Source: Gekko japonicus
Lineage: Eukaryota
Assembly (NCBI RefSeq): GCF_001447785.1
Contig: NW_015159739.1
Coordinates: forward strand, 84,534 to 147,009
Reading direction: 5' to 3'
Length of the DNA: 62,476 nucleotides
Shown: one piece after another, positions 24,501 to 37,211 of the stretch
Position numbering within the stretch: the first letter of the stretch is position 1
Layout of the letters: every line of letters starts with the position of its first letter
Program-made: the position numbers and the translations under genes
The notes under the pieces: model-generated
Seen by the model: only the letters and a program-made list of their open reading frames with translations
The model's database searches: none
Told to the model about the DNA's origin: nothing

Positions 24501-24987
24501 ATGAGCAAAAGCCAAGAAGTCTTCACCAAAGGATGTCCGCTTGCCCACATGGTGAGGGGCAATGGGGAGAAGTCCCAACTCTAAGAACTATGGCAATGGT
24601 GGACTTTTTTAACTACTGCAAGTTCAAGAATCATTAGCCTAATTAAACAACATTTAGGATAAGTATATGGTTTAGGATTTCTATGACCGCATGTTTTCAC
24701 CTTTTCTTTATGTCCTTGGCACAGAGCACTAGCTTGTAGCAGGGGTAATTTCGTAGAAAAAGAGCTGCAGGAGCTCATTAGCATAACTTATTAGCATATG
24801 CCACATCCCCTGACATCACCAGAAGTGTGCACCAGCCCCTGACAGGCAGAAGCACCTAGGATCCATTCTTTCCCCCCTCTCCCTTCCCTTCACCTCCAAG
24901 TCCTGCGAAGGAAAAGGGGAGGGGGAGGATCTCAGGCGCTTCTGCCTGACAGTGGTGCGGCGTGCTCACATTCAGCCTGGGTGAATT

Positions 24988-25292
24988 ATAGAATCATAGA
25001 CTCACAGAGTGGTAAGGGACCTCCAGGGTCATCTAGTCCAACCCCCTGCACAATGCAGGAAATTCACCAATACCCCCCACACACCCCAGTGACCCACGCC
25101 CAGAATATGATTTAAAAAAACCTCCAGGATCACTGGGGGGCCAAACTGGCCTGGAGAAAAATTGCTTCCTGCCCCCAAAGTGGTGATCAGCATTTCCCTG
25201 GGTGTGTAAGAAAGGGCCACAAGAACTAAGCACTGATGCAAACCTTCCTGCTCTACCTCTCATGATTTGCCTAAGTTCACACAATCAGCATT
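24988..25292 (-). mobile_element. CR1 LINE 3' UTR fragment
   Basis: ATAGAATCATAGA (reverse of the ATTCTATG tail) followed by GGTCATCTAGTCCAACCCC. Confidence 0.8.
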
Positions 25293-25604
25293 ATGATCCT
25301 TTTAAAGTTGAAAGCATGATATAAATGCAAAGGACTATTTGTAAGATTATCTGTAAGACACAAGACCAGGACGCATCTCATTTCTGGCAATCACTTGAAC
25401 AGACCCTATCACTCAGCTTCCATTGCCCCCCACACACCCCACACTGGAATAAGAACATAATATCAGGCCATACCACATTGCAATAAAGCCCCTACAACTG
25501 TATACAGAAATACTGAGCTTCCCTACCATTTGCCACAACTAGCCCACCACACAACCAGGATCAAGACTCCTAAGTGGACCAACAGACAGGCATACACTCA
25601 TTTG

Positions 25605-27629
25605 AGAAACTTCAGGGCTGCCTCGTTAAAGGAGTGTGGAGGCCAGACTCGTAAATAAGAAAAAGCAAGCTCAGGGTTCGGCCCCATTATATCCTATGGG
25701 CCATTTAAGTCAATGGCGAAAACATAGGGTATATTCTGGGGGCTAGAGGGGAGGTAGTTTGAGGGAGAGGCTCCAAACTCGCAGGGTAGCTGCTGGAGCC
25801 TCCAGCCATAGCAGGCAGGAGGGAAGGAGGCGAATACCTCCAGCACCAGAGACTTGTAGAGGAAGAGTCAAACTTTGGGGACTCACCCGTGCACCAGAGG
25901 GCCAAGGCAGCAGGAGGCAAGAAGCCTGGGCGAGCTGGGCTCCTCCATGCCTGGCAGAAGATAAGGTGCAGAGGCGAGAGGTGGGCAAGCAAAAGAGGCA
26001 CTCAGCCAGTCGCAAAAGCTGCGTGCAAAAAAACTCCCGCCGCCCCAAGCTTCGAGCTGCCTCATTAGAGGAGTGCGGAGGCCAGACTCGCAAATGAGCA
26101 AAAGCAAGCTCAGGGTTCGTGGGTCGCATTTTGGGCTGTGAAAGAGGAACTGGCTCCATCCCTGGAGTTCTCTCGAGTTCTTGCGCTTTTGGTTTTGCTT
26201 TTTGCCAATCCGCCTCCCAAGACTGCTCCAGGTGCTCCAGCCTGAGGGCTGCTGGGAGCGGGGCTTGAGTGCTCATAACTTGTTGAGCTGAGGCTCAATG
26301 CCTCCAGCTGCTCCGCCACCTTCCCTTCCCTTGGTTTGCTCGGGGAGCCCAAGCAAGCCGGCTGCTGGAGGGAAGGAGAGGTAGTTTAAACCACCTTCCC
26401 TTCCCTTGGCTTGCTCAGGATCCCCGCAGCTGCAGAGAGCCCAAGCAAGCCGGCTGCTGGAGGGATGTACATTCAGTTCCTCTGAACCGAATGCACCCCT
26501 GAAAATGGCCCATGTGGGCTTTTTTCAGGCTGCTGCGGGCCGATTCAGATTCTCTGATCTGTATCGGCTTCCCGCAATTCGGCCCCATTATATCCTATGG
26601 GCCATTGAAATCAATGGCAAAAACATACTGTGTATTCTGAGGGCTGGAGGAGAGGGGGTTTGAAAGAGAGGCTCCAAATTCGCAGGGTAGCTGCTGGAGC
26701 CTCTCCCCAAGATACCCACCATGTTTCAGGAACATTGAACCAGAGGGTCCAATTCTATGGGCCCCCAAACAGGTTGCCCCATTCCCTCCATTGTTCTCTA
26801 TGGTGGGGAAAAAGTTACTTTTTCCCACCATAGAGAACAATGGAGGGGATAGGGGCAACCTGTTTGGGGGCTCGTAGAATTGGACCCCCTGGTCCAATGT
26901 TCTTCAAACTTGGTTGGTATCTTGGGGAGAGGCTCCAGCAGCTACCCTGCGAGTCCAAGGCCACCACCCCGGGGCTCAGGGAGGCAAGGGAACCTTTCGC
27001 CCTGCCCCTCCCCCCCCCGGCGTCGCAGCTGCTGCCGAGAACAGTGACAGCGGCCATGACTTCTTAAAAAGCCCCTCCCGAGAGCTGGGGGAGAAAGAAT
27101 GACCTCTCGCATATGATTTCCGAGCAAGGGAACGTTTAGCCCCGCCCCTCCCTTCACGTGCGCGGGCGTCACAGCTGCCGCCGAGAACAGCGACAGCGGC
27201 CATGACTTTTTAAAGAGCCCCTCCTGAGAGCTGGGGGAGCCAGAATGACCTCTCACGTGTGATGAACCAGGGTTGCCCTCTGCATCCCCAGATGAGAGTG
27301 ATGAGAAGCTGCTCAGCCCCTAAGAACCGGAGCCCGAGAGGAACACCCCAGTGGCCAGTGGCAACGCCGCTCGGACATCGCACGCGAGAGGTGGAATTTG
27401 CCCCTATGAGTCCAAGGCCACCACCCCGGGGCTCAGGGAGGCAAGGGAATGTTTCGCCCCTCCCCCCCCGCACGGGCGTCACAGCTGCCGCAGAGAACAG
27501 CGACGGCGGCCATGACTTTTTAAAGAGCCCCTCCTGAGAGCTGAGGCCCCTCCCCTCCCCAAACCCACCCTCTCCCGGCTCCACCCCCAAACTCTCCAGG
27601 TATTTTCCAACCCAGACCTGGCAACCCTA
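25605..27629. mobile_element. Mosaic of GC-rich non-autonomous DNA-transposon pieces with internal direct repeats and a 273-bp palindrome
   Basis: Direct repeats 25610-25680/26050-26119 and 25681-25802/26582-26702; three copies of a ~70-bp unit (27019, 27165, 27475); palindrome 26680-26952; ends in hAT-like TIR CTGGCAACCCTA. Confidence 0.65.
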
Positions 27630-28623
27630 ACCTGGGTCTCCCAACACTCTAACACCCCCACCCCACTGGCATACCGTGGAAGGTTCCCCATTGATAACTT
27701 GCCATCTGTGGCTTACCTGTCTCTCTTTCGCTTCCTCAGAATGTCACAATCTCAGGCTCGTTTGCCGTCAAGAGCATTTCACATTGGCAATTCCCCACCC
27801 TCCTCACTATTGTACCTCAGTGTCTCCAAATTACATTATTGTCACAGCATGTCAAGCATCCATCACACTTGACATCTCTCTTACTATGAAACCCCATTTG
27901 AATTGGCAAGTGCAGCACAGAAATTATTTTCAAATCCCATCGTTGTTTCACACAGAGCACATTTTAGATTTTCTAGTCTGCTGGCAACATGTTAATGTTT
28001 CCTGGAAAGAATGGGAAACAGTGCAGTGGCTAAGAATTTACCTTATACATAGGCATGCTAACATCTGTATGTAAATCTGTCCCTTTTCTCCCTTCTAGAT
28101 TATGTACATGAGCTGTATAATTCACTTGTAATAGCTTAGTGGATAGGACAGTTTACAGTCCCGGTTTGCTACAAAGAGCGTGAGCTGGGACCTCCCATGG
28201 CGAGGTCAAGAACACTTGTTGAATGCTAAGTCTCCTTCTGTTAATTAGGTTCCCTTAAGCAGGAGAACTATAACCCCATGATTTATGTGGGTCAATTCAC
28301 TACCCAAACCTGAACTGAACTACGGTAACACCTTCCCATGCACAAGCAGCCATTCTCCTCACAATGTACTTTTTTTTCCTGATCCCCCCCTGCCGACAGA
28401 AGCACCGTATACTATTCCTAAGGGTCCACTGACTTCCAGGAGCTGCATTTTAGGAGGCACTTAAAGGAAAAGTAGGAACATTCCTTTCGAAGGTCCACTC
28501 CACTCAAGGTGCGTAGGATCTGGCCCAAGGTTACAAAGCCATACTTGGAAAGTGGAGACCTATGCAAAGCAGGATGAGTAAAAGAAGTCACTGGGAAAGG
28601 AACTAGCTTTATTGGTGGCAGGA

Positions 28624-28797
28624 AGTGCCTGTCAAGTCACAGCTGACTTATGGCAACCGTGTGGGGTTTGCCATTGCCTGCCTCGGCATCACAACCCTAC
28701 CTAGTATTCCTTGGCGGTCTCCCATCCATATACTAGCAAGGGCCGACCCTGCTTAGCTCCCAAGATAAGGTTAGCCTGTCCTATCCAGGTCAGGGCC
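28624..28797 (-). mobile_element. 5S rRNA-derived SINE with RTE/BovB-like tail (second copy)
   Basis: Minus strand GAGCTAAGCAGGGTCGGCCCTTGCTAGTATATGGATGGGAGACCGCCAAGGAATAC matches 5S box A to box C; tail GCCATAAGTCAGCTGTGACTTGACAGGCAC. Confidence 0.7.
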
Positions 28798-30275
28798 CTA
28801 GCTGTTATTATCCTATTCCAAATTAAATTGACATGAAGGGGAGAGGGGGAAAGACAATGGCCTAGGCATGTCTAGAGCCACCACGTTCTTGTTCTTTTGA
28901 CACTCTTTATCTCTGAAGTAAAGCTTGGATTTGGCTTCGGTGAGCACAGAGATGGATTCCTCCCCTCTAGACTACATATTTGAAATAATTACGTGCTGGG
29001 ATTGTATCACTTCAGAATGCTAGTAGGATCACATGCTCGAAGGTGTCCCCTTCCTACCCGGTATTTAAATTTTTTAAAAATCATGCATGTTTAAAAACTG
29101 GGAGAAAGGTTCTAGGAGTAGTGCTCTTGCTGAGGTGCAAGTTTTCTAAGTGCAAGCAGAAAACAACTTCTCTATTATTGCCTCACTTAAACACTGATTA
29201 AAGTTTTCAGGCAGGGCAGGCCACAGTCCTTTCCACAGACAGAAATTCTTATAGTGCTTCAGGCACAGCCCTGACTGGAACTCGCTATCTCCCATGGAAG
29301 CAGTGGGGTCTGCTCTTCCTTTTTCACCCAGTGGAGCAGTGGCTCTGAAGAACAGGTGTCTGGAGGCAGTAACTGGCTGGGTAAGAGAGAGCCAATGGAC
29401 TTAGTTTTGTGCTGTTCATTAGGGGTTCTGATCAGGATGGTGACTTATCCCATGTTGGGGGTGGGGAAGTACTGACTAAGGAGCAGGTCTGCAGCTTGGG
29501 TTTGCTTTTGATCATTGGATGCTCAAGGGGCATCCATGACATGAGTTCAAATGCCTTTTAGCCAGCCTTAATTGGTGCACAATTTCCCACTTGTTTCCTG
29601 GAAAGAGATGAGTTGGCGATGGATATTCACACTCTTGATTACTGTGACATATCCTGCATGTCCACCGAGAGCAGCAGTTTCTTGTAAACGTAACTTCATA
29701 AAGCGCAAAGGGCTTTGTGTATTCTCCCAGCTGGAGATCAGTGGCAAGAAGAGCTGTTCAACGAAAATTCCAAACGTGTCAGCAAGGCTTGTATATGGCA
29801 ACACTCCCAGGCTAGAACATGACTACCTCACCTGAGATGGACTTTGTTAAAAGAACACTGCAAAAAAAAGAGAAGAAGTACGAACACAGCTCCAGGGTTT
29901 GTTAACCGTCAGCTCCATCGTGTCCTCCCACACACATTGCTTGTGAGCACATACATCAGCTCTCAGTACTTACCTAATGGAGAAGTCCCAAAAAGTTTTC
30001 AAAATAGTCAATGGCATGGTAAATTCGGTTTCTGACCTGCATCCTCTCACCTTAATGACATGCTAGTGAACTATTCTGAACTATATTTCTAGTGAACCAA
30101 AAAATACCCTTTGCTAACCCTCTCTGCTGCCCACAGTAAGTTGGTAATGCTTCATATATAACTATGGAAGGGGTTTTAAAAATATATTATTTTACTTCAT
30201 TTATACCTTGCCTTTCTCCCCAAGGGAGATCCAGAGTAGTTCACATCATTCTCCTCTCCTCCATTTTATCCTCAC

Positions 30276-30615
30276 CAGAGGTCATTTCGGGGGGGAACGC
30301 GGGGGAACGCAGTTCTCCCGGGTGAGGTGCAGGGGCGGGGCACATGACGAAGCCCCGCCCCCTGCTTCCGGCCGCCCCGCTTCCAGCCCTCATTCAGCCA
30401 GGAGGAGGCAGGAGAAGAGGGAGAGTAAGTTGCTTCCTCCCCGCCTCTCCCCACCCCTGCCTGCCTGGGGCCAGGGAGGGCCTTGGTGGGGCTTCCTCGC
30501 ACTCCCGCTGGCCTTGCAGGTCCACCGCCGGGCCCCTGATGTCAGGGGGTGTGGCATATGCTAATGAGTTATGCTAATGAGTTCCCCTAGCTCTTTTCCT
30601 ACGAAATGACCCCTG
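30276..30615. mobile_element. hAT MITE inserted into an older SINE
   Basis: TIRs CAGAGGTCATTTCG / CGAAATGACCCCTG; perfect 8-bp TSD ATCCTCAC (30268-30275, 30616-30623); a related terminus lies at 24740-24830. Confidence 0.88.
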
Positions 30616-31060
30616 ATCCTCACAACAACCCTGTGAGGTAGGTTACAGCAAGTGTGTGGGACTGGCTCAAAATCACCCTGCAGGCTTCCATGGCAGAGAA
30701 AGGATACAAGGCAAGCTTTCCAGGTGAATTAATGAGAAGCTTAAGCCGCCTCTTCAAAGTGAGGTTCATAGCATAATCTACAAATGACTTGTTCAGTAGA
30801 ACTGAAATAATACAGGTGTACGGGTTTTAGGCTTCTGAACTTACCTGAATGGCATGTGAGGGAGACATGTTGCAGCACCATGCACATCACTGGGGTAACA
30901 TCAAAAGGGCATTCAGTGGAGCATGTGCAAAGATGATGGTGGGCAGAAGGTGAAGCATTGAGCTTCGGTTCTCCCACATCATGTCAGTGGCATCTTTCCT
31001 TTTGGAACAGCACCACTGTTGAATATGGCAAACAAGCTGAAGAGTATTCTAGACCTTCTA

Positions 31061-31247
31061 GCTTGGATCCTATGACCACTTCCCACAGCTGCCTTGCTCC
31101 AACCACAGTGCAGCTAGTCTTTCCTGCTGCATTGGCTGAAAAACATTGATCTTGCACAAATGGAAGTACTAGTGGTAGAAGAAGCAAGCTGCACAGTGGC
31201 CAAAGCAAAGCACAAGCACATGCAAAACCTGGTCATAGGATCCAAGC
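31061..31247. mobile_element. MITE-like element
   Basis: 17-bp perfect TIR GCTTGGATCCTATGACC / GGTCATAGGATCCAAGC. Confidence 0.65.
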
Positions 31248-31534
31248 CCGTATTATTCAGAGGCATAGCTTACAAATAGGGACACAACAGGGTGATCAAG
31301 CCAGCCTTTCCACTGAATTCCCTTCCTTACCACAGGTTCCATCCCATATGACTTTTGTCCAGACAGGTCCCATCATGATCCTCAGCATGGTTAGATTTAT
31401 TCAATGACAATGTGAGGGTGATGGGATGACTTTGGAAAGTGTTCCCATTATAGTGGGGGGAAGCTATAGAGGGAGACCTGGCCGCCCTGCCATCCTACCT
31501 GCAACCCTTGTGGAGGTGGAAGGAAGGAAGGAAG

Positions 31535-31930
31535 GAAGAGCTAGTGGTTGTTGGTTCTGCCACTCCTCCACATGCAGCTGGTGGATGACTTTGGGCAAGC
31601 CATAGTTCTGTCAGATCTGTTCTTGAAAAGAGCAGTTCTCTCAGAGCTCTCTCAGCACCACCTACCTCACAGGGTGTCTGTTGTGGGAAGAGGAAAGGAA
31701 GGAGATTGTAAGCCGCTCTGGGAAGCTGAGTGAAGGGCAGGGTATAAGTCCAATCTCCTCCTCCTCCTCCCCATGAAGCCTGCTGGGTGACCTTGGGCCA
31801 GTCATTGTTCTCTCAGAACTCTCTCAGCCCCACCTACCTCACAGGATGTCTGTTGCGGGGAGAGGAAGGTAAGGCGATTGTAAACCCCTTCAGATAGTGA
31901 ACAGCAGGGTATAAAACCAACTCCTCTTAT
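31535..31930 (+). mobile_element. Two tandem partial Squam3-like SINEs
   Basis: Both halves match the body of 10111-10385 (GTTCTCTCAGA.CTCTCTCAGC..CACCTACCTCACAGG). Confidence 0.7.
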
Positions 31931-32559
31931 TCAGTGGAACCTACCTCACAGGGCTGTTGTGAGGATAACATGGAGGAAGGCAGAAAGATTTAAATTAGTT
32001 TATTAATAAAGCTGAATGTGGGAGAGGCAGATAAATGAAAAGACAGTTGATGAGTGGGAACGAAGCTGAGAAAGAGGCGAGGATATGGTAGCTGCCAGAG
32101 GGAAAGAAAGAGGAACTAGTTCTGGGAAGGGGATACAGGAGAAAATGGTGATCCCTGCAAGTCCTTGAAGGTTCCTCAGTTATGTAACTATAATGATAGA
32201 AAGATAACATGCAGCTGCTTGCAGAGGAGATACACTGAATCCAGAACTGTGCATAGTGATAGTTATGTGACTTATGTCCACAAAACTGAATACATCATAA
32301 ATAATAGACTGTTATTAGTACTGCTGTCCCTAGTCTCACCCTGGTTTACACAGGGTTCCTACATGGCTTCTTATAGATGAGAAGGCCAGACCTCCTTTGT
32401 TCACGCACAGAACATGCACCATGTGCCTTCAGACTACTGGTTCTAGGTCCTTATTTTGGTTCACAGAATACCTCTAGCCTGATATTGCCACAAGTCATCT
32501 TCCTTGCTGATGTCCATGGGAGATGACATTGCAAAACTGAGTTTCCCTGTACATAATCC

Positions 32560-33275
32560 CAGAAAGTGCAGAATGCTGTGGCTCGGCTATTATCAGGAGT
32601 GAGATGAAACACGCATATGACTCCCATTCTGCAGTCACGCCATTGGCTACCCATCTGTTACTGGGCTCAATTTAAAGTATTGCCTACCACATACAAAGCC
32701 CTTCATGGCCTTGGACCCTCATATCTGCGAGGCGTTCTCTACGTTCTACTACGACAGATTTGCTCATCCGAGCAGGGCCTTCTGCAGGTGCCACAACCTG
32801 CACATGGGCAAAATCAACAACTGCCCGTACACGTGCCTTCTCCATTGTGGCCCCCACCTTGTGGAGCAGCCTGCCTGAGGAGGTCAGGAAGGCTTCCACT
32901 CCCCAGGGCTTTCTGCCAACTGTGCGAGAGTGAGTTATTCAAGAGGGCTTTTCTACGCAGGCATCAGGGTAGCACTGTACAAAATTATTTGCAAAGTTAC
33001 TTGGATGAATTATTAGGGATCGTGGTCTATATCGTTGTGTATAGTCTGGTGTAAACTGAATCCTAGTATGTAATTTTGCATCATTTAATGTGTCCTGTTA
33101 ACAATCTGCTTCGCTTCAGTTCTGTTTTTTTAAACTTCAGGTTGGGTCTATAACCCAAATCCTACTTTATTGTTTATTGAATGTCCCATCCTGTTGATTG
33201 TATTGACTCACTCTGTGTAACCCCCCTTGGGTCCCAGTGAGAAAGGTGGACTATAAATAAGATGAATATACAAGA
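32560..33275 (+). mobile_element. L2 LINE 3' fragment
   Basis: QNAVARL...HMTPILQSRHWLPI...FKVL..TYKALHGLGPSYL motifs; L2-type 3' end. Confidence 0.85.
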
Positions 33276-34509
33276 TAAAAATGTGACAAATGGCAAGGTT
33301 AATACATGGCAAGACAAGTTCCTACCCAAAAGAATTTACAAAGGGCCAAACAACACCCTACTGGTATTTGGGGTTTTTTTTGCCCACACCCAACTTGTTA
33401 AAAACAACAATATAGTTTGGGCCTAAATTTAGACATTAAGGGAGAGAACACGGCAGGGGTGGGGGTTACAAGGGGTAAAAAATAACTTGCTGTATGAACT
33501 GAATCACTAGGTCTGGTCTATCATTTTGAAAAATCAAGGGATTTTATATCATCTCATTACCAAAAACCTCTTTTAAAATTCATAAATCACGTGATCAGTT
33601 CTTGAGTTCTTGGAATACAGCCCTGCAGGAATTTGTTTTGTGCAAGCTCCATTGAAACAAACGTGGATTCTGCACACACTTTCTGGTGCAAGTCCAATTG
33701 AGCAAGCTGGGACCCAGTTGTCTGTTCCCTTCACAAGGAGCGATGTCTGAGCACTACAGAATCTCATGATACTGGGCGCACAAACAAAATCTGTATGTGT
33801 AAAGCTGTTTGCCTGAAGGACTGAAATAATGACAGAAGCGGCAGACCTCCTTACAGGAAACAATGCCAGCTAAAAATGAAAGACATACAGAGAAGCTGCG
33901 TAACACTGGTGAAGTGCCGGTCTGTGCCAGTCACAAAAAGCAACAAAACCCACAGACAATGAGAGTCTTAGCATATTCAGAGAACACCCCAGGTCTGCAG
34001 GGGAAAAAAAGACTGTAAATTAACTGAAGCAGACAACATGCTTTTGAGAACCAGCTGAGGGAAAAAAAGTAGAGGGGGAAGGCAAGGCTCTCAGGGGCTT
34101 GAGAAAGCAAGAGGAAGAAATGTATGTGAGGGGGGGGGATCGTTCCCCTGCCCATGATTTCTTTTTGGGATCCTGGCTTATTCATCTTAAATGATTCAGC
34201 CAGACTAAAGAATTGAGACAAGGAAAGTGACAGATACTTAGAGCTGGAGTTGCCTTGGGAACTGAAATGCTAGATTCGAGCAACTAGAACTGCCACATAT
34301 GAGCTATAAGAACTTGGATTTCTGCAGCTGCTGAGAGACAGACCAACTGTTGACATGTTGTAGAGTCACAGAGGCCCATGCTGGCACTTCCCTCTCATCC
34401 ATGTGATTTAAGGGAATTTATTTATTTATTAGATTCAATTTTTTTATACTGCCCTTCCCTATAAACAGGGCTCGGGGCAGTGTACAATGACAAATAAAAC
34501 AGCCATAGT

Positions 34510-34892
34510 AAAGGTAAAGGTTCCCTTGCTCGAAAGCCAGTCGAATCCGACTCTAGGGTTGCGGTGCTCATCTCCGTTTCAAAGCCGAAGAGCCAGCGCT
34601 GTCCGAAGACATTTCTGTGGTCATGTGGCCGGCATGACTAAACACCAAGGCGCACGCAACGCTGTTACCTTCCCACTGAAGTGGTACCTATTTATCTACT
34701 TGCAATTTCTTGCTTTCGAACTGCTAGGTGCAAGTTTTCTAAGTGCAAACAGAAAACAACTTCTCTATTATTCCCTCACTTAAGATGGGAGCTCACTCCG
34801 TCATGCGGTACACTTGGGTCTCGAACTGCTGAACTACTGGCCTTCCACAGCCTGCAGTTCAGCGTCTTAACCACTTGAGCCACCGCAGCTCC
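34510..34892 (-). mobile_element. Sauria SINE (Squam1-like)
   Basis: tRNA-like head, ACCTTTACCTTT tail, 15-bp TSD TAAAACAGCCATAGT (34495-34509, 34893-34907). Confidence 0.85.
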
Positions 34893-35696
34893 TAAAACAG
34901 CCATAGTCATCCTAAATTAAACTTAAAAGATCTAAAGTACAATAAAATTCCAGCAGTCAACTTAATTAGATGCCAGTCAGAACTTGTAATTGTGCCGTCG
35001 CCTTGCAGGGGCGGGGAAGCAAGGGGTAAGAGTGCCAGCCAGGTGGATGCCATTGCTGTCCTCAACCAAACGCCTGGCAGAACATCTCTGCCTTACAGGC
35101 CCTGTGGAACTGCATTAAGTTCTGCAGGGCAAGAATGTTACTTGGCAGAGAGTTCCACCAGGTTGGGTCCAGGGCACTAAAAGCCCTGGACCTGGTCGAG
35201 GACAGCCAGATGTCTTTTGGGCTGGGGATCACAAGTAAGTTCTTATCTGCAAAGCATAATGTTCTTCGGGGGGGTATAACAGGAGAGATGTTCCCAAACA
35301 TACGTGGCTCCGAGACCATTAAGGGCTTTAAAGGTAAGCACCAAAACCTTGAATCTGATGAGGTGATCCACCAGTAAGTAACCAGTTCAGCTCGCACAGC
35401 ACAAGTTGAATATGTGCCATCCACGGGGTCCCTCTAAGGACTCACACTGCTGCATTCTGGACCAGCTAGAGCTTTTGGGTCAGTCTCAAGGGCAGCCCTA
35501 CAGAGAGCAAGATACATTAGTCTAATCTGGGGGTAACCATTGCATGGATTACTGTGGCAAGATCAGGGTGGGACAGGTAGGGGGCCAGTTGCCTGGCCTG
35601 GCATAACTGAAAGAATGCCAGTCTGGCAACATTTGTGATCTGGGCCTCCATTGTTAAGGAGGCATCCAGAATCACACCCAGGCTCTTGGCAGTTGG

Positions 35697-36583
35697 TGTT
35701 ATCACCAATGGCCTGCCTTGTTTGGGGAAGTTAGCTATGCGTCAGGATAGGCCAGAGGGGTACAGGAATCGCACACCACTTGTATACCAAGGTCCAGCAC
35801 AGTAGGAAAACTCCAGATTGGAAGAGTACATTAAATAGTTTTATTAAAGTATTTCTCTAATTTCAAGCACACTAAATTTTCAAAAAGAGCAAGCAATATA
35901 GAACTAAGAAAGCAGAGGTAATTGATAGTGAACAGAGGGGTCAGTTACGGGGTGATACAACCTGTCCAGATGTGCAGGGGTCCATGGAGATGAGGTTATG
36001 GCCCAAACCAAAGGTTTAGGTGTAAATTGCCAGTTGGCATCAGGGGCAGACACACAAAATCTGAAGCCATGTGCTCTGATGGATATAGACATTGGAAAAC
36101 AATGCAGACGGAAGGCCTTGGGGAAGGCCTTGGGGGCTGGTCTCAGGTGAGAACAATAGATTTTCTAGACCAATAAGGAGTCCATGGAGGTGTGGTACCA
36201 GGCGGAGTGTAATTCAATGAGCTTCCAGAGGGGCAGAGTCTGGCTGCACAATAGCCTTGATGAGATTAAGCCAGGTGCTGAATGGTTGGGCTGGGAGTGT
36301 CCATTGTGGAACAATAGAGTGGACTGAGCTGATAGGAGAGATGGGGGGGCGGGGGCGCTGCATGCATCGAGGATGCTTGGCAGTGCAGCCAGCATGGAAA
36401 ATCTTCATTTGGCCTGAGTTTTCCCAGCCAAGATGTAGTTCTCCTAGCCTCCCAGCAAAAGCCACTGTTTAAGCCAAGCCTGGCTTTATGAGGGCACTGC
36501 TTGTGGAGGTTCAGAGGTCATTTTGGGGTGTCTCTCTCTCAAGAAAGACCACCCCAGGTTCAGGGCTGAGGAGGCTGGCTACA
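35697..36583 (-). mobile_element. Solo LTR (887 bp)
   Basis: TG...CA ends, 4-bp TSD TTGG, minus-strand AATAAA near 35840; its removal restores a continuous L2 sequence. Confidence 0.7.
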
Positions 36584-36787
36584 TTGGTGCCGGTGTTAAG
36601 GGCATGCCGTCAAGAGCTGGGACTTAGCACCCCAAACCTGAGTCCTCCCTACCTAGTGATGGAACCTCTGTCTTGGCAGGATTCAGTCCCAGCCAACTCT
36701 GTTTTGGTCATCCCACCATGGCTTTCAGCCCCTCAACCAAAGTTGCTGGGGCAGCATCCAGCCACCCGTCCATCAACAGATATAGCT

Positions 36788-37211
36788 TCGCTAAACACTG
36801 GAAAGACAAAACGGTACCTACTATCCAACAATGGATTCACAAGATATGGGATCTATTCCTTTTAGACAAATTCAATATCTTTCATTCAGAAATCCAAATG
36901 GAAATTGATATAATGAATCCTCTGAATATATGGTCTCCCATTCTAGATAAGATCAACATCGACAAATTTGATTGGGAGTCTATTAGAGAGGCTAAGTACC
37001 AGTTATTTTTTATTTAATAAAGGTTGTTATGTGGATATCAAAGTTGATTGTGCCTTCCCTTAAGTATGTTTTCAATCGTTTACTGAAGTTTGTATAATAT
37101 ATCCTCTTGAAGAAAATGACTATAACACTATGTACCTTCTATTATTATCTATGGTATATGTTATTGTTATTTCTGAAAAATTTCAATAAAGTTCTGTTTA
37201 TTAAAAAAAAA
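36788..37211 (+). mobile_element. 5'-truncated L1-clade LINE 3' end
   Basis: ORF2 C-terminus FAKHWKDKTVPTIQQW...IWSP, AATAAA at 37185, poly(A), 13-bp TSD AACAGATATAGCT (36775-36787, 37212-37224). Confidence 0.85.

Noticed and set aside
27019-27543. Three ~70-bp direct repeats with intervening sequence, superficially CRISPR-like
   Set aside because: Eukaryotic context, repeats too long, irregular spacing, spacers are themselves repeated modules, and no cas genes.
28700-28760. 5S rRNA gene
   Set aside because: Only the internal control region is present, diverged and fused to a SINE body and tail.
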